A stretch of DNA of 63,781 bases, counting the filler, from Squatina squatina (Eukaryota), in NCBI GenBank assembly GCA_031763465.1. It is 4 parts of 4 records of this genome, joined end to end, with 100 filler letters (N's around TTAATTAATTAA, not from the genome) between each part and the next. Parts side by side here need not be neighbours in the genome. Positions count along the whole stretch, not along the records: positions 12,630 to 27,613 come from JARFOE010000189.1; 3 more parts are not named here. One strand, 5' to 3'. This document shows, piece after piece, positions 12,630-24,169 of the stretch (positions within the stretch are counted from its first letter, which is position 1; the number at the start of each line of letters is the position of its first letter). The notes beneath the pieces were generated by a model. The model saw nothing but the letters and a program-made list of their open reading frames with translations, was not told the DNA's origin and searched no databases. Made by a program: the position numbers and the translations under genes.

Positions 12630-13894
12630 CAGTCCCAGCAGGGAGCAATAACCCTGGGGGGTAGATCACAGATATTGTAGGCTTTTTAAAAAACAGTAGA
12701 AAAAAGATTGTATGCTTTTGTTTTATTACATGTTCAGGAGATCTTACCTGGGACAGTAAAGGCAATATTTTTTGAGTTAGTTAGCCAGAACCATATGTTT
12801 TTAGATTCAATAAAACAATTCTATATTTTTGGAATGAAGTTTCAACTTCTGTATTTATGAACATTCTGTTCTGAGTTGAAGCCACAATTGCAGTTTTTCT
12901 TTCAGAAGATGGACACAATTATGGAACAAAAGTTGCTCTTCTGAACATGAGTGCAGCTTTCAACTTTGGCAGAGGCATAAAAGGGCCAAAGCAGCTTGGC
13001 CACTTGGTAGACACCCTGCTTGCTTTTCCATTCCATTGATTGAAAGGAAAATTGGGCGAGGTGATAACTGGCAGCACATCCATTACCGCCCGTAGTTGGA
13101 AATTCTGCCCTGTTTCTGGATATGACCACACATCACATTACATCTTCATTTTGCAATATGGCATTTTTCAATATATTTTAATGCCAACATTTACTGAATG
13201 GAATTTGAGCTCTTTACTAACAAGTAAGCCTATATAATAAAACCTACTCAAAACAGAATCTGTACTGCAGAGTCTGAGGAGATGCAAAGTCTGGAGAGAG
13301 ATGCATAAGACATTGCAACACTGCATCACTTATGAGAACCACCAATATCAATATTTTGTACAACTGACACTGTTGATAAATACAAACAAAAATTGCTGGA
13401 AAAATCTCAAAATGTTGATGATAAATCTCACAGCAGAAATTATTTTCTGTACTTTTCAATTTTAAAATCTTATTTTTTTCTCTAAAATAAGTATATTTCG
13501 GTTCTGCAAAGACTGACAGTTAATTTATCTTTTAGTTTAGTTGGGAGATAACATATGATATATATAAATATATATGACAATATTAGAGTCACTTTGAAGT
13601 TTATGTACTGTTGATGGAAGGACATCAATGCAAAAAGGGTCCCATGATCATTGTTTCCCCCAATCCCCTTGCTCCCCTTCTGAAGAAGCTCACTCACAAG
13701 CATTGGCTGTCCTCCAGTACTTCCTCAAGTGTTCACTGCAAGCAGTACAGCAAAGGGGCCATGAGGCTGCCCCTTGTGTCAGACGAATTGAGTTATGAGG
13801 AGCGATCTGGAAAAGCTCAGACTCTTCAGCTTTGAGAGAAGATGAATGAGAAGGTACTTCATAGTAGTGGAGTACACAAAGTGAAATTTCAAAC

Positions 13895-14075
13895 TTTTTT
13901 ATTCATTCTTAGAATGTGGGTGTCACTGGCAAGACTGGCACTTATTGCCCTGAGAAAGCAGTCGTGGGCCTTCTTCTTGAAGAACTGTGTTTAGTATTTT
14001 GATTCAACTGAATGGCTTTAGAGGGCAGTTAAAAGTTATAGCACCTTTAAAGAGCCAGACCAGGTAAAGACAGTA
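13895..14075 (-). mobile_element. Decayed SINE/LINE 3' end (same tail family as 22420-22649)
   Basis: TTTATTCATTCTTAGAATGTGGGTGTCACTGGCAAGACTGGCACTTATTGCCC matches the tail at 22420. Confidence 0.5.
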
Positions 14076-14956
14076 GGGGGGCACAATTGGACAGCACTCA
14101 AATGGGGCGCTGCATTCGAGGCTTCCTTGTTGTGGAGGCGCCGGGCCGACAGCGAAGAGAGCTGGCACGGAATTGGGCTCTTAGCCTCAATTCCGGGTCA
14201 GCGCAGTGTGGTAATGCTTCCAATGCACCAGCAGTGTGGGGTTACATCAACTGCCGAGGCCAGTGCGATGGCGTNNNNNNNNNNNNNNNNNNNNNNNNNN
14301 NNNNNNNNNNNNNNNNNNNNNNNNNNNNNNNNNNNNNNNNNNNNNNNNNNNNNNNNNNNNNNNNNNNNNNNNNNCGGTGGTGCAGGGAGTGAATGTTTAA
14401 GGTGATGGTTGGGGTGCCGATCAAGCGGGCTGCTTTGTCCTGGATGGTGACACAAGTGGATTGAGTGACGGTTCGATACCAGTGCAGTCAACGGTAGCCG
14501 ACAGCTGAAATGCTAGCCATTGACACCGATTCGCTCCCTCACTGCCATGGGGATAAACTGAAAGGCAAAGCTTTCAATTAGCAGCCAAGTGTAATTATGA
14601 AGACCAGGATATCCCTGGAAGCGCACTTTATGGGATTTCCATCGTACCTCCGGTGAAGTACTGCCGGGCGGAGCGTGGAACAGGGCGAGGAATTTCCCGG
14701 CTGAAATATGCACAATATTGTGATCGTCTGCAGCCGATCGACAGTCCGACGATTAATTGATCCGATCGTTTATAATTGGTGCACCCTTGCTGGCAATATT
14801 TACAAATAAATTCTATTTACATACACATCCAAAGATCTGGACAGTAAACCATATTGCATTTCCTGAGAAATCTTTCCGATATTGTGACTGAGCGGCGCTT
14901 GCTCAGGGTGAGCGGAACCCAGAGGTTTTCTTGAGCTGGCGGCACTGGGGTCTGAT

Positions 14957-15149
14957 TCACCCACCATAGTTGTAGTCTGTTTCCTCACCATCACCGTCCG
15001 CTGTCATTGAGGCAGGACACTGGATCCTGCCGATCTCCTCCAGAGCACTGGCTAAGGAGTCAAGGTCTCTGTCATTTTGATGTTGTGCCTCCCATATGTC
15101 CAAGATTGTACCAGATGGGCTGCTTTTAATTGCAAAGTAGCTCAGGTTC
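14957..15149 (-). CDS. UNC5D: Netrin receptor UNC5D last coding exon (death domain C-terminus)
   Basis: tttgtAG acceptor. (R)NLSYFAIKSSPSGTILDIWEAQHQNDRDLDSLASALEEIGR...DYNYGG* matches the UNC5D-specific LDSLA.ALEEIGR...D.NY tail. Confidence 0.9.
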
Positions 15150-15158
15150 CTACAAAGC

Positions 15159-15385
15159 AAAAAAAAAGACTTGCATTTATATCGTGCCTTGCTCAACCAC
15201 AGGACGTCCCAAAGCGCTTTACAGCCAATGAAGTACTTTTTGGAGTGTAGTCACTCCAAAATGTAGGAAATGCGGCAGCCAATGTGCGCACAGCAAGCTC
15301 CCACAGTCAGCAATGTGACACTGACCAAATGTTCTGCTTTAGTAATGTTGATTGAGGGATAAATATTGGCCGGAGGAAACTGCCC
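15159..15385 (-). mobile_element. SacSINE1-like DeuSINE 3' half, abutting the UNC5D acceptor
   Basis: AAAGACTTGCATTTATAT...CCCAAAGCGCTTTACAGCCAATGAAGTACTTTT...GCAAGCTCCCAC is the reverse complement of the SINE tail and Deu domain. Confidence 0.85.
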
Positions 15386-15609
15386 NNNNNNNNNNNNNNN
15401 NNNNNNNNNNNNNNNNNNNNNNNNNNNNNNNNNNNNNNNNNNNNNNNNNNNNNNNNNNNNNNNNNNNNNNNNNNNNNNNNNNNNNATGGCCTTTATGTCT
15501 CCATAATGGTTACTTGTGACGCAAAAAAATAGAAACACTATGGACACTACTGCACTAAGTTAAGATTTAAGGTTAAAAAGATCCTGCTCCAAAAATCAAA
15601 TTGTACAAT

Positions 15610-16150
15610 AGAGTCCTAGAATCATTACAGCACGGTGGGAGGCCCTTCGGCCCATCGAGCCCGTGCCGGCTCTCTGCAAGAGCATGTTCAGCTAGTCCCA
15701 CTCCCCCCGCCCGTTCCCTGTCGCCCTGATCCTAATCACTCGCTGCGTAAAATTTCTTTCCTCATGTCGCCTTCTGCCAATCATCTTAAATCTGTGTCCT
15801 CTGGTCCTTGATATTTCTGCCAATGGGGAACAGTTTCTCGCTATCCACTCTGCTGAGACACCTCATAACTTTAAACACCTCTATTAAATCTCCTCTCGAC
15901 CTTCTCTGCTTTAAGGAGAACAACCTCAGCTTCTCCAGTTCCTCAGCCCTGGAACCGTTCTTGCAAATCTTTTCTGCACCCTCTCTAAAGCCTTCACATC
16001 CCTTCCTAACTTGTGGTGTCCAGAATTGGACACAGCACTCCAAGGTGTGACTGAACCTGTGTGTTGTAAAGTTTGGTCAGAACTTCCTAGATTTTTGCAC
16101 TCTATTTATAAAGACCAGGATCCTGTCTGCTTTTTTAACTGCTTTAGCAA
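15610..16150 (-). mobile_element. CR1 LINE 3' end
   Basis: ECCVQFWTP...LRLFSLKQRRSRGDLIEVFKVMR (CR1 ORF2 C-terminus) plus the 3' UTR hairpin (GGCCCTTCGGCCCATCGAGCC). Confidence 0.85.
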
Positions 16151-17289
16151 CCTCTTCACATTTTATTCAAATTGAGCTGTGTTGATATGTGTATGCCATA
16201 CAATGAGGGGAAATGTCGCCGATTGTTTTGAACTTGCGGGAATGCCTTGATTAAATTTCTCCCGTGACATATAATGAAGAGTTTATTTCTGACGTTGTCT
16301 CAAATCCAAGAGCTTGGCCTGGAGCAGGACCATCTGTCTACAAAGCGGAGCACATCACACCATGGTCGAAAACCCAGGAGAGGTTATTATTCAAAACAAG
16401 ACAGAGAGATGTTCTTGCAATGCTAAGTGCATGTGTATGCTCTCTGTTAAGGGAAAAAAAATAGCAAATGTGTACTCCTGTGGTAGCTTGACTACCTTCC
16501 CATCTGCAGCAGTACAAATGAGCACTGCCAGAAGAAACATCTATCTTTAGATACTGGTGTTGCCTTGGGACACGGAAACATTTGATGGTACCAACTGCTA
16601 CCTCGCCCTGAAGCCATCAAGCCCAGTCCACCTTTTTTTTGTGGCTTTGAGGTCAATCTTCCAGGACAATTGTTTTGCAGAAACATTAGGACCGATCTGT
16701 CTTAAAGACACCTTTTGTTTTTTTTCAACAGCCTGCCATGGAAATCGCTCAGCGACTCCACGCACACACAGAATGAGTTGGGTATGCTCCNNNNNNNNNN
16801 NNNNNNNNNNNNNNNNNNNNNNNNNNNNNNNNNNNNNNNNNNNNNNNNNNNNNNNNNNNNNNNNNNNNNNNNNNNNNNNNNNNNNNNNNNGAAGCAGGGA
16901 AGGAATAAAGAAAGGAGGGAATAAGGAAAGAAAAAGAAAGCTGCATTTGAATATCATATCCTAGAGCTCTTGATGTACATTTAATTATTTTATTTTTTGA
17001 AGTTTACCAACTATTATTATGCAGGTAAACCTGGCAACTAAATTATGTACAGCAAAGTCCCACAACAGCAAACTAAATGAATGACACGGTTGCATTTGAT
17101 TAACTGCTTCTTTAGCTTACAATTGTGTATTCTAGCCTTCCCCTGGTTTCATACTAAAAAGAAACCTTCCAAATTCACTTAAATATCGTTTAAGATTGAA
17201 GAACTTTTAGTTTAGTTTGATGGATTAGCAGTGGTAAATCTTCAAATATAAGATGGATAAAGTACAAAATATTATAAAATAAAATGGGT

Positions 17290-17600
17290 GCACATCAAAG
17301 AATAGATTTCTGTGGTTAAATAGATTAAAACTAAACCAAAACTTACAAAGGAGGCTTATGATAAAATTCAGGCTTACAATATTGAAAATAATCATGAGGA
17401 GCAGGAAAGTGCAACGGGGAGTGAAAAGGAGATCAGAAGGGCTAAAAGGGAATAGAAAAAAGGCAAGCAGAAAAGATTTTAAAAAAAAGAAAGTTTTTAT
17501 CAGTTGATATAAGGTAAAAGAATAGTTAGATCTGGTAGGACAGCTCAGAGATAAAGAGGGAGTCTAACTGTGAAGGATGAAGGTATGGCAGAGACACGAG
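17290..17600 (+). mobile_element. Degenerate CR1 ORF2 internal fragment
   Basis: A-rich, Lys-rich EN-RT linker (VKKEIRRAKRE...FYQ..K.KR; GMAE). Confidence 0.55.
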
Positions 17601-18220
17601 TAACATAGGAACAGGCGTAGCCCATTTAGCCCTCGAGCCTGTTCTGTCATTCAATGAGAGCATGGTTGATCTGTGACCGAACTCCCTATACCGGGTGCCT
17701 TTGGCTCATGTCTCTTAATAGCTTTCGTTAACAAAAAGCTATCAATCTGATTAAAAATTAACAATTGTTCCAGTATCAATTGCCGTTTGTGGAAGAGAGT
17801 TCCAAACTTCTACCGCCCTTTCTGTGTAGAAGTGTTTCCTAATTTCACTCCTGAAAGGTCTGGCTCTAATGTTTAGACTCTGCCCCCAAGTCCTAGACTC
17901 CCCAACCAGCAGAAATAGTTTCTCTATCTACCTTATCTGTTCCCCTTAATATCTTGAAAACTTTGATCAGATCACTCCTTAACCTTCTAAATAATACAAC
18001 AATAATTTGTGCAATCTCTTATAACTTAACCCTTGAAGTCCAGGTTTCATTCTGGTAAACCTACACTGCACTCCCTCCAAGGCCAATATATCCTTCCCAA
18101 GATGTGGTGCCCAGAACTGCTCACAGTGCTCTAGGTGTGGTCTAACCAGTGCTTTGTCTAGCTGCAGCATAAATTCTACCCCCTACTCCTCTAGATATAA
18201 AGGTCAGCGTTCATTTAGCC
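17601..18220 (-). mobile_element. CR1 LINE 3' end
   Basis: MLQLDKALVRPHLEHCEQFWAPHLGKDILALEGVQCRFTRM is the CR1 ORF2 motif; the 3' tail is at 17601. Confidence 0.9.
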
Positions 18221-18262
18221 CCATGCACTAGCAATTCAGCACATAATCAAAGCTCCATTGCC

Positions 18263-18455
18263 GTGCTGGAGGAGTGCTACACTGTCAGAGGTGCTGTCCT
18301 TTCAGTGAGACGTTAGAGTAAGGCTGCTGTATAAATGCAATGGCATTATTTGAAGAAGAACAGGGAGATCTCCTGGTGACTCGTCCAACATTCACCAAAC
18401 ACAGACTAAGTGGTCATTTATCTCACCGATGTTTGTGGGATCTTGCTGTGTTCAC
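18263..18455 (+). mobile_element. DeuSINE fragment
   Basis: GGAGTGCTACACTGTCAGAGGTGCTGTCCTTTCAGTGAGACGTTA...TGGTCATTTATCTCA...TTTGTGGGATCTTGCTGTG. Confidence 0.7.
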
Positions 18456-18624
18456 TTTAAAGTGGCTCATTACACATCAAGCATCGTAAGATTTGCTTCT
18501 TTCCAAATAATGGATGGAATTTCAGGTTATGACAGAGCATCACAGTCAAGGGAAGCTTTATGCAAGTGTTTCAATTAAACCAAAAGCAAGTTTGAAACCA
18601 GTTTACATGTTCTTGGCTTCGTAC

Positions 18625-18999
18625 CTTTAGTTGGTCCCACCAGGCACCCACCGAGGCACCCGACTATGCCGGAAGTCCTGTTTTCAGCCCTTGTGACTGC
18701 AGCAGGGAGATGCTGAGAACTTGATGCATTGCTCCTCACATGCATTCTATCAACGCCTCTGCTATTACGAGGGTAAGTCCGGGATGGTGCCCTCCCGTGA
18801 TACTCTACTCCATCTGCAACTCCAAGTGAAACCATTAAGGAACTCTGCACTTTAACCTTGATCCCCGGCAGAGAGTCAAAGAGCGGCGACTGGGTCATGA
18901 GCTCTTTGTCCACTGGATCCTGGAAGCAGATGGGTCCACTGTATGTCCTGCTGACGGTCAGGTCAGGTTGCATTGACGGGTTCAGAAGCAGAGAATTAC
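18625..18999 (-). CDS. UNC5D: UNC5D cytoplasmic exon (juxtamembrane region to start of ZU5)
   Basis: ttttctcAG acceptor, AAAG|GTACG donor, 375 bp. [36 protein letters not shown]...[15 protein letters not shown] is UNC5D-specific. Confidence 0.92.
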
Positions 19000-19313
19000 C
19001 TGAGAAAATTAAATAAAAAACATTACTTTTAAGATAGGACAAAAATATATATATATTGAATCTCCTAGCATATAACAGAATGGATAAAAGTGCATGCTGG
19101 ATCACCAACCAAACAGACTAGAAAGATCCAAATTTCATTCCTGCTCCGAGCTGTATGAGCTTGACAGGGTAGATACAGAGAGGATGTTTCCCCTGGCTGG
19201 AGTGTCTAGAACCNNNNNNNNNNNNNNNNNNNNNNNNNNNNNNNNNNNNNNNNNNNNNNNNNNNNNNNNNNNNNNNNNNNNNNNNNNNNNNNNNNNNNNN
19301 NNNNNNNNNNNNN

Positions 19314-19530
19314 CTCCAACACGATCCCACCAACAAAATCTTCCCCTCCCCTCCTCTTTCAGCCTGCCGAGGGGACCGTTCCCTCCGCGACACCCTGGTG
19401 CACCCCTTAATTCCTTCCCCCATCCCGCACCTCCCTATGCAAGCGCAGGCAACCCCACTTCCCTCTCCCAGCAGATGCTGCCTGACTTGTTGAGTGCTTC
19501 TAGCATGTTCTGTTTTTATTTCAGACTTCG
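19314..19530 (+). mobile_element. Penelope-like element fragments
   Basis: LQHDPTNKIFPSPPLSACRGDRSLRDTLVH resembles the motif preceding GIY-YIG in vertebrate Penelope ORFs. It is followed by the CAGATGCTGCCTGACTTGTTGAG...TTCTGTTTTTATTTC terminal repeat motif. Confidence 0.65.
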
Positions 19531-20099
19531 CATTTTGAAATAAGGCACTGTTATTGTTCGTATCTTGCTTGTCAGCCTATTCTAAGAGAACTCGATGTAA
19601 CAATGCCCACTGCCTGGTTGGAAAAAGATAACAAGTCTGCTTAAAAGCACTGATTGAAGCAACAACAGACTTGCGGCATGGGGTCAGGAGACAGCAGGGA
19701 ACATTTTGCTTCTTACAATTTGTATCAGTATCTCACTAATGTGGAAGTTTTCTTATTATCTTTGGACTTAATCCAAGAAACCAGACTTCAAGCTGTACTA
19801 GTCAGAGCTGCTGAAATTGCATGCCAGAGAGAGCCAGAGAGTGATTTGTACTTATTTTCAGCATTGAGCGGGCGATGCAATGGCAACAACACTGAGTGAA
19901 AAAGTATCGACCCGACAAACAATGAAGCCAAGAAAATGATGCCTGCTTGCTCCCCATCTCACCTCGCACATAAAATATTGCAATGGGCAGGGTCTGATGG
20001 GACAATTTTACACGGGGAAAGGATCCACAAGCAGGTAAAGAACTGATTCTGGTAGCGTGTTTGCTGAATCCAAGCTCAAGCTCCTGTAGCCTGAGCATG

Positions 20100-20275
20100 A
20101 GAAATAAGAGCAGGAGTCGGCCATTCGGCCCCTCGAGCCTGCTCCACCATTCAACAAGATCATGGCAGATCTTTTACCTCAATGCCACTTTCCCGCCCGA
20201 TCCTCATATCCCTTGATTCCCCGAGAGTCCAAAAATCTATCAATCTCGGCCTTGAATTTCCTCAATGATTCAGGA
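20100..20275 (-). mobile_element. CR1 3' end
   Basis: ESLRKFKAEIDRFLDSRGIKGY plus the GGCCATTCGGCCCCTCGAGCCTGCTCC 3' UTR. Confidence 0.85.
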
Positions 20276-20630
20276 ACACAGCACCCTGGGACGANNNNNN
20301 NNNNNNNNNNNNNNNNNNNNNNNNNNNNNNNNNNNNNNNNNNNNNNNNNNNNNNNNNNNNNNNNNNNNNNNNNNNNNNNNNNNNNNNNNNNNNNAACTTT
20401 CACAGTAATCGCCTACGTTTGAAGTGGATTCACTGCATCACCCTCCCCGCCTCCCCCCCTACTCCTCCGCATCCGCCCCCCCCAACCTTGGGCAGAGCAT
20501 AAATGAGTCTTAACATTGACGTGCACAAATGAACCTTGTTGGGAGGCATTCGGTTGATTAATTCAGCTGTCTGATGCGTTCCATTCCCACACCACCCAAA
20601 TACAGAGAGTCCCAAATACGGTGGCTTTAC

Positions 20631-20846
20631 CTGTGTACTCGTCCACGTTTTCTTCAAGCATGTGTTCATTCTGATGGACCCAGTCTCCGTTACATTTGAA
20701 AAAGATCTGCATGGCGGGCATTGCTTTGCAGCGCAGCTTGATGGGGTTGTTCTTGACGATGTAGGAATCCTCGGGTTCAATCTGGAATCGTGGCAGGGTT
20801 CCCGAAGGTATTGATTCAGGCAGGTTATCTCCATTACCTCCCCCTG
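20631..20846 (-). CDS. UNC5D: UNC5D exon 2 (first Ig domain)
   Basis: ttcctcAG(cAG) acceptor, ACAG|GTAAAG donor. [59 protein letters not shown]. Confidence 0.92.
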
Positions 20847-20929
20847 CTGAGGAAGAACATTGCAAAGTTCCATCAGAACGTGAATATTGAAGAAGGAAAG
20901 GCCAGTTGGCACATTAGACATCTTACAGA

Positions 20930-21061
20930 AGAACGTAAGAACAAAAGAATTAGAAGCAGGAGTAGGGCGTCCAGCCCCTCGAGCCTACTCCGCCATTCAA
21001 TAAGATCATGGCAGATCTTTTACTTCAACTCCACTTTCCCACCTGATCTCCACATCCCTTG
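20930..21061 (-). mobile_element. CR1 3' end
   Basis: AAGAAC(A/G)(T/A)AAGAA tail and CCCCTCGAGCCTACTCCGCCATTCAATAAGATCATGGC 3' UTR. Confidence 0.8.
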
Positions 21062-21187
21062 NNNNNNNNNNNNNNNNNNNNNNNNNNNNNNNNNNNNNNN
21101 NNNNNNNNNNNNNNNNNNNNNNNNNNNNNNNNNNNNNNNNNNNNNNNNNNNNNNNNNNNNNATCCTGGGCCAGAGGAGGCTCGGAAG

Positions 21188-21485
21188 TAGGGGGACCAGA
21201 TTTTCAGAATCAAAACCAGGACAAAACTACCCTTCCACTTCTGGTTGCCCGGGTAGGCCGGAAACCACCAAGGGTGCCGCCATCTTGGAGTCCCATCAGG
21301 AAGAGCGCCAAGTCTGCGTATGCGCAGTCAGGGCTCCGTCAAGACTGCGTATGCGCAGTCAGGGCTCCGTCGAGACTGCAAAAAACCGAGACATTCGAGA
21401 CATTTTCAAAAAATTGTCGGGACACCTGGACGTTTGGCGGAAAACCGGGACTGTCCTGCCAAAACCGGGATGTCTGATCACCCTA
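21188..21485. mobile_element. hAT (Blackjack-like) MITE with an internal 31-bp tandem duplication
   Basis: TIR TAGGGGGACCAGA vs reverse complement of right end TAGGGTGATCAGA. Flanking 8-mers CTCGGAAG/CCCAGAAG look like a decayed 8-bp TSD. Internal AAAACCGGGAC subterminal repeats. Confidence 0.7.
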
Positions 21486-22419
21486 CCCAGAAGGTAAGTT
21501 TAAAATTTATTTTTCAGGTTTCCTCGTGGGCCAGAAGGGTTCTATCCACCCCAACATCCCAATCGCGCCCTCAACTTCTCTGCCCCGCTAGCCTCCACCT
21601 CCCGCCTGCCTCAAGCTGCTCCCTCCACTAACTGCCAGGCCTCCAGCTGTGGCCTCCTGCCACTTGTTTGTGCTTCTGCCCACCAGCCAGCTAGCGCATC
21701 ACTTGATGGTGACGGATCAGGTGAAAGAGCGGAAATGTTCAGTCGCTGCCATGCTCCACTTTGGCAAGCACGCAAACCTCACCAAAAACATAAATTTAAT
21801 TAAAACAGGTAGGCTGGGGCTGTTATTTAAATAATACAAGTGTTTGACAGCTTTGTGAGGATGTAATATAAATTGGTTTTATACCAAGATAAACAGGTAT
21901 GTGTCAAATGTTAACATATTCCGTTCGTTACTGTGTAATCACCACAGGGACTGAACTGGGCCAAGTGGAGGTTTATTCGGAAAAAAGTAGTGCTTGCAAT
22001 TTAACAAGCCAGATAGAACGCATTTCATTATTCATCTAGGACAAGGTAAAGGAGTGAGTTGTCAGGGAAGAAATATAGACAGCTTAAGATAAGGAATGGA
22101 AATGAGTATTTAAATGCTTAAACTTATTAGTATATTAAGCTGATGTGTTTCTCAAGACTCCCAGGGGCCTTCTAACCACCTGTTACACATACAGAAGGAG
22201 CCAACATGTAAATAAGAGATTTGGTTCATTCATTAAACATGTGGTTAACGACTTTGTCATAATTAATTCACATTCTAAACCGAGAAGGACAAAGGCGCTG
22301 ACTAACTTTGTTGCATTATCATTTTGAGAAATGACTGCACTTGGCTCCAGAGAGTAGGGGAAGATTGTCCCACAGCACACAAGATTTCATTTCCTCAAAA
22401 TTCCAGCTGTAAGTTTTGT

Positions 22420-22649
22420 TTTATTCGTTCAAGGGAGGTGGGCTTTGCTGGCAAGGCCGGCATTTATTGCCCATCCCTAATTGCCACTTGAGAAGGTGGC
22501 GATGAGCGTCCTTCTTGAACCGCTGCAGTCCGTGTGGTGAAGGTACTGTTAGGGAGGGAGTTTGACCCAGCGACTATGAAGGACCGGCCACGATATTTCC
22601 AAGTCAGGATGATGGGTGTGACTCGGAGGGAAACTTGGAGGTGGTGGTG
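22420..22649 (-). mobile_element. CR1/L2-superfamily LINE 3' end
   Basis: Reverse strand reads CACCACCACCTCCAAGTTTCC...ATCCTGACTTGGAAATATC...GACTGCAGCGGTTCAAGAAGG...GGGATGGGCAATAAATGC, a recurrent shark LINE tail. A related piece lies at 14375-14450. Confidence 0.7.
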
Positions 22650-23604
22650 NNNNNNNNNNNNNNNNNNNNNNNNNNNNNNNNNNNNNNNNNNNNNNNNNNN
22701 NNNNNNNNNNNNNNNNNNNNNNNNNNNNNNNNNNNNNNNNNNNNNNNNNATGGTCCACATGTGCCTCAATGCCGCTCCTTATTCACTGTAAATAAGCTGA
22801 TGAAACATTGATGGCTCTAACCCCAGGAAGACCACTGATAAAATCAACACATCCAGTCACATTGCCACAGTTAAGCAAAGGCCTTGAACTCTGAGCACAT
22901 GGTACGCTGATAGACTTTCAATCGGCGCTTCACCAAATTACATATTCGCCTTCAGATGCTGTCGCTGTGCAGCTCCCCTGTGCTTGACAAAAGCATCAGT
23001 AAATCCTTTTCTCTGGGGAGCTTTCCTGAACACGGCTTCTGTGTATCAGCAACGCACGCAGGCACCACTTAATTGATCTTTAACTGATTTGTGCTTCAAT
23101 AGATTTTGAGGAGAAACAGGCACTGATGCCGTGAGAGGTTTAAAGGAAATGGACTCGCCGAGGTTCCCAAGAGGAAAGATGTATAATCATTTAGAGCAGG
23201 AGATAGATTACACACAAACGTAGGGAAACCTTGAGAAGTAAAATTGGATACACAAATCAAGTCACGCGTCAAGCAAAATTCACAAAATCAGACTTTAAAA
23301 TAGCCAGTGACAAATAGCACTGGGCAGGTTTAACATATCAGGCTGTCTATGGTACTGGGGCAGTGATTAATACGACATGAGGCTAATAAACGACAGTGAT
23401 AGCTGATCTGTGTATTCAGCAATACTCCACGAGCAGCACAAGTAATTCACCCAGTAACGACAAGCGAATCATCAATAGCTCATCTAGTTTATTGGATGTA
23501 CACCACTGATAGATGGGAGTGATCGCTCATATTGCAGTGATGGCGCATGCAAATACAATGCAAATAAGATCATGCTAATGAGGCACAAACCACTGCATTT
23601 CAAA

Positions 23605-23773
23605 ACAAGAAAGACTTGCATTTCTATAGCGCCTGTCACGACCACCGGACGTACCAAAGTGTTTTACAGCTGATGAAGTTCTTTTTTGGAGTGTAGTCAC
23701 TGTTGTAATGTAGGAAACGAGGCAGCCAATTTGCGCACAGCAAGCTCCCACAAACAGCAATGTGATAATGACC
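23605..23773 (-). mobile_element. DeuSINE 3' fragment
   Basis: AAGAAAGACTTGCATTTCTATAGCGCC...GCACAGCAAGCTCCCACAAACAGCAATGTGATAATGACC. Confidence 0.8.
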
Positions 23774-23873
23774 NNNNNNNNNNNNNNNNNNNNNNNNNNN
23801 NNNNNNNNNNNNNNNNNNNNNNNNNNNNNNNNNNNNNNNNNNNNNNNNNNNNNNNNNNNNNNNNNNNNNNNNN

Positions 23874-24136
23874 TGTGAGAGGTGACAAGGAGGGATACAA
23901 AGTGACAGATAGCAGTCTTCTTAGTTAAAGCTAACGGGACGATCGGAAGTCCAACACCTACGGAGGCCAAGCTTGATGGCCTTGGATCTGCAGGAAACCA
24001 GGTTCTCTGAGTCTATTGTATAACCTGTAATAGTTACTACACTATTGGTGTCTGAGTAATAAACTTGCATTTGGACAATACACTCGAGCCCGAATCTCAA
24101 GGAATCATTTAATTGAGTTTAAGGGATTTCCTTACA
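23874..24136 (+). mobile_element. Possible LTR 3' portion
   Basis: AATAAA near 24058, then a U5-like stretch ending ...CCTTACA. No second LTR visible. Confidence 0.25.
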
Positions 24137-24169
24137 GGGCTACACGCCCAAATCAAATGTGTTCAGATC

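Noticed and set aside
16557-16964. Overlapping ORFs inside the UNC5D span
   Set aside because: No UPA or death-domain similarity; lengths are inflated by Ns.
14957-20846. Apparently ultra-compact UNC5D (exon 2 to last exon in 6 kb)
   Set aside because: Most exons are missing and the 100-N gaps are of unknown size, so compactness is a scaffolding artefact.
21314-21375. 31-bp direct repeats as a possible CRISPR-like array
   Set aside because: Two adjacent copies with no spacer, inside a eukaryotic MITE.
20790-21497. 235-aa plus-strand ORF
   Set aside because: Chimera of UNC5D antisense, a CR1 tail, an N gap and a MITE.
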